Below the pieces are notes generated by a model, which was given only the letters and a program-made list of their open reading frames with translations, did not search any database and was not told the origin of the DNA. The translations under genes and the position numbers were made by a program. Below, piece by piece: positions 61,834 to 64,000 of a stretch of 64,000 nt of DNA; position 1 is the first letter of the stretch, and every line of letters begins with the position of its first letter. This DNA comes from Minisyncoccota bacterium. GTDB lineage: Bacteria > Patescibacteriota > Minisyncoccia > Phycocordibacterales > CAIZLB01. The stretch spans positions 92,895 to 156,894 of the forward strand of contig JAIPIA010000003.1 in assembly GCA_021734945.1 (NCBI GenBank), read 5' to 3'.

Positions 61834-63324
61834 TTAATCCTTTCTTAAAAACAATGCTTCTTCTGGCATCTTGTTTGCTTTCACTGCTGTTTTTATTTTC
61901 TCTGATGTTGATGGAATAATTGGGTTCAACATTCGCGCAATACTATATAGTCGCACCACTAGATCTCGAATGATTTCCTTACCCTTTTCTTCATCTGTCT
62001 TTACAAGCTTGAAAGGCTGTTCATTTTGGATAATAAAATTTGCTTCTTCAACGTGCTTCCAAATATAAGCTGAAACTTTTACAAGGTCATATGAATCATA
62101 AAGTGCGAAGTATTCTGCATCAAGACTTTGTTCTGGAATATCAGCTTGTTCCTCTACTTCAACAAGGTACGTCTCTGCCATTTTCATGACACGATTTGTG
62201 AGATTACCTATACCATTTGCAAGCTTTGCATTATAAGACTCCTTGAAACGCTCAGGTGTAAATGGACTATCCTCAAAAGGAGAGAGTTCTGCTACGCAAA
62301 AATATCGAAGGGCGTCTGTGCCTGCGCCAGCAGCGCCGCCATATTCAGCAACTATGTCATATGGATTCACTACGTTTCCAATAGACTTAGACATTTTTAT
62401 ACCTCCTTCACCAGTTAAAAATCCATCAATTACAATCTGATGAGAATTTGGAAGACTAGCAGCCATAAGCATTGCTTGCCACATTGCAGACTGCTGACGC
62501 AAATTATCCTTACCGCAATATTGTGTAGGAGTTCCATTTTTCCAAAATTTATTAAAATCACTATTTGTGTCAGATTCACCTTCTGGCCATCCGAGCGTAG
62601 AAATATAACTTACAAGAGCATCAAACCATACATACATTACGTGTTTATCATCACCTGGAACTGGAACACCCCATGACATTTTTTCTTTAAGGCGTGAAAT
62701 ACTGAAATCCTGTAGACCACGCTCAACAAAACTCTTGATTTCATTAAAACGAAAATCTGGAACTACAAAAGTTGGATTTTCTGAATAATAGTCGAGAAGT
62801 TTCGAACCAAACTCTGAAAATTTAAAAAAATAATTTTCTTCATTTACCAACTCAAGCTCCTTACCTGGATGAATTGGACATCGTCCATCAACAAGTTCTG
62901 AATCAGTTTTCTCAAGTTCGCATCCCACGCAGTATTTTGCTTGATATGTTTTTTTGTAAATAAAACCATTTGCATCACATCGTTTCCAGAAAGCCGTTGC
63001 TGCTTGAATATGCTTCGCATCAGTTGTTCGTATGAAATGCACGTCATCTGAAATTCCAAGTAAATCTTTAAGACCTCTGAACTTCTCAGCATAAAAATCT
63101 ACATACTCTTCTACATTCTTCCCTTCTTTTTCAGCTGCATCAAAAAGCTTCTGTCCATGCTCATCTGTGCCAGTATTGAAAAACACATTATAACCTTGTA
63201 ACTTTTTAGCACGTGCTACTACGTCAGCTCGAATAAGTTCCATAGCAAAACCAACGTGAGGCTCGGCATTTACATAAGGGAGGGTCGTCGTAATATAGAA
63301 TGTTTTTGAATCAGTCATTATCAA
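61834..63324 (-). CDS. metG: Methionyl-tRNA synthetase, short form lacking the C-terminal dimerisation/tRNA-binding extension
   Basis: PYVNAEPHVGFA (HIGH-like), IKMSKSIGNVV (KMSKS), and a Cys-rich CP knuckle CVGCELE...CPIH. Confidence 0.9.
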   Translation of the reverse strand: MIMTDSKTFYITTTLPYVNAEPHVGFAMELIRADVVARAKKLQGYNVFFNTGTDEHGQKLFDAAEKEGKNVEEYVDFYAEKFRGLKDLLGISDDVHFIRTTDAKHIQAATAFWKRCDANGFIYKKTYQAKYCVGCELEKTDSELVDGRCPIHPGKELELVNEENYFFKFSEFGSKLLDYYSENPTFVVPDFRFNEIKSFVERGLQDFSISRLKEKMSWGVPVPGDDKHVMYVWFDALVSYISTLGWPEGESDTNSDFNKFWKNGTPTQYCGKDNLRQQSAMWQAMLMAASLPNSHQIVIDGFLTGEGGIKMSKSIGNVVNPYDIVAEYGGAAGAGTDALRYFCVAELSPFEDSPFTPERFKESYNAKLANGIGNLTNRVMKMAETYLVEVEEQADIPEQSLDAEYFALYDSYDLVKVSAYIWKHVEEANFIIQNEQPFKLVKTDEEKGKEIIRDLVVRLYSIARMLNPIIPSTSEKIKTAVKANKMPEEALFLRKD

Positions 63325-63361
63325 GAAATACTAGCACACGCTTTGTTTTTTATAAATAAGC

Positions 63362-64000
63362 TTAGATCTTCACCTCCTCTTCTACCTCAGGTGTAACAAA
63401 GCGCTTCTTTCGCTCTACATCATCAATGAATTCCATAAGCGCTACAGAGAGCGGAACTGCCAAAAGTGCCCCCACAAGCCCTGCAAGCTGTGCCCCAGCA
63501 ACGAGAGCGATGATTACGAGAAGTGGAGGGACTCCGATAACTTTCTTTACTACAAGTGGATATACGAGGTGTGACTCTATCTGCTGGATAACTACATACA
63601 CAGCCACCACAATGAGTCCAAGACCAAGTCCTCCGTCGAGCATAGCCAGTAAGAACGCTGGAATAACAGACAATGTGAGACCTATAATAGGTACAAGTTC
63701 AAAAACTCCAGCAAGGAAGGCAAGAAGAAGTGGATGTGGAATTCCAACCACGAGAAGAGAGAGGTAGGTCACTAAGCCAATAGATAGAGCAAGCAAAATC
63801 TGACCTTGCATCCATCTTCCAATCTTGTGCTGTGAACGTTGCCAAAGGCCTTTTACATATCGTTCGTGTCGAAGAGGTGTGATAATACTTAGAAATTCCC
63901 CCACTCCATCTTCTCGAACTGAAAGATAAAACGAAATAACAATTACCAAAACTATACTAATAATACCCCCAAAAAAACTAGTAATTGTATCAAATATTCC
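63362..64000 (-). CDS. AI-2E family (PerM-like) transporter, N-terminally truncated by the window end
   Basis: Multi-TM C-terminal part ...VPPLLVIIALVAGAQLAGLVGALLAVPL. The family is about 350 aa. The reading frame stays open to position 64000. Confidence 0.7.
   Translation of the reverse strand, partial: GIFDTITSFFGGIISIVLVIVISFYLSVREDGVGEFLSIITPLRHERYVKGLWQRSQHKIGRWMQGQILLALSIGLVTYLSLLVVGIPHPLLLAFLAGVFELVPIIGLTLSVIPAFLLAMLDGGLGLGLIVVAVYVVIQQIESHLVYPLVVKKVIGVPPLLVIIALVAGAQLAGLVGALLAVPLSVALMEFIDDVERKKRFVTPEVEEEVKI

Overview
This window is low-GC and densely packed with genes. It is read under the standard genetic code: TAG, TAA and TGA all act as stops. It looks like a reduced-genome bacterium, plausibly from the Patescibacteria/CPR. 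The evidence is a short MetRS, large secreted adhesin-like proteins, O-antigen-ligase+TPR proteins, 23S introns and an rRNA operon that is not contiguous.

Content from start to end:
- secA, truncated at the window start.
- A ~12 kb surface-glycan cluster (2.9-14.6 kb): O-antigen-ligase/TPR protein, Wzx-like flippase, GT2, GT4, GT11 fucosyltransferase and exostosin-like transferases, two methyltransferases and an epimerase.
- A co-directional operon radC - Rossmann-fold hypothetical - 70-aa membrane peptide - HerA/VirD4-like ATPase. The ATPase carries a ~330-aa Gly/Ser/Asn-rich disordered tail.
- Housekeeping genes: pyk, a LysE exporter, an inositol monophosphatase and a histidine phosphatase.
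- An unlinked rRNA arrangement, all on the minus strand. The 16S gene stands alone, followed by a RIO-like atypical kinase gene and tRNA-Ile. About 9.6 kb away lie 23S, then tRNA-Asn, then 5S. The 23S carries two ORF-less group I introns. Both rRNA loci have near-identical TTGACAAAGGTT-N10-TATAAT promoters.
- secDF, a polyprenyl-phosphate sugar transferase, a GT4 transferase and ftsW.
- rplJ-rplL.
- Two very large secreted proteins: one combines a parallel beta-helix with a lipase domain, the other has an N-terminal peptidoglycan-binding domain. Upstream sits a winged-helix regulator flanked by palindromes.
- ftsK, recA, a NUDIX hydrolase, efp, rpsF-ssb-rpsR, tatD, metG, and an AI-2E transporter truncated at the window end.

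No CRISPR array, transposase or integrase was seen. Shine-Dalgarno motifs are essentially absent upstream of genes. The 16S 3' tail reads CAUUC where CCUCC is expected.

The most unusual items are the intron-bearing split rRNA system with the embedded RIO-like kinase, and the radC-linked ATPase module.
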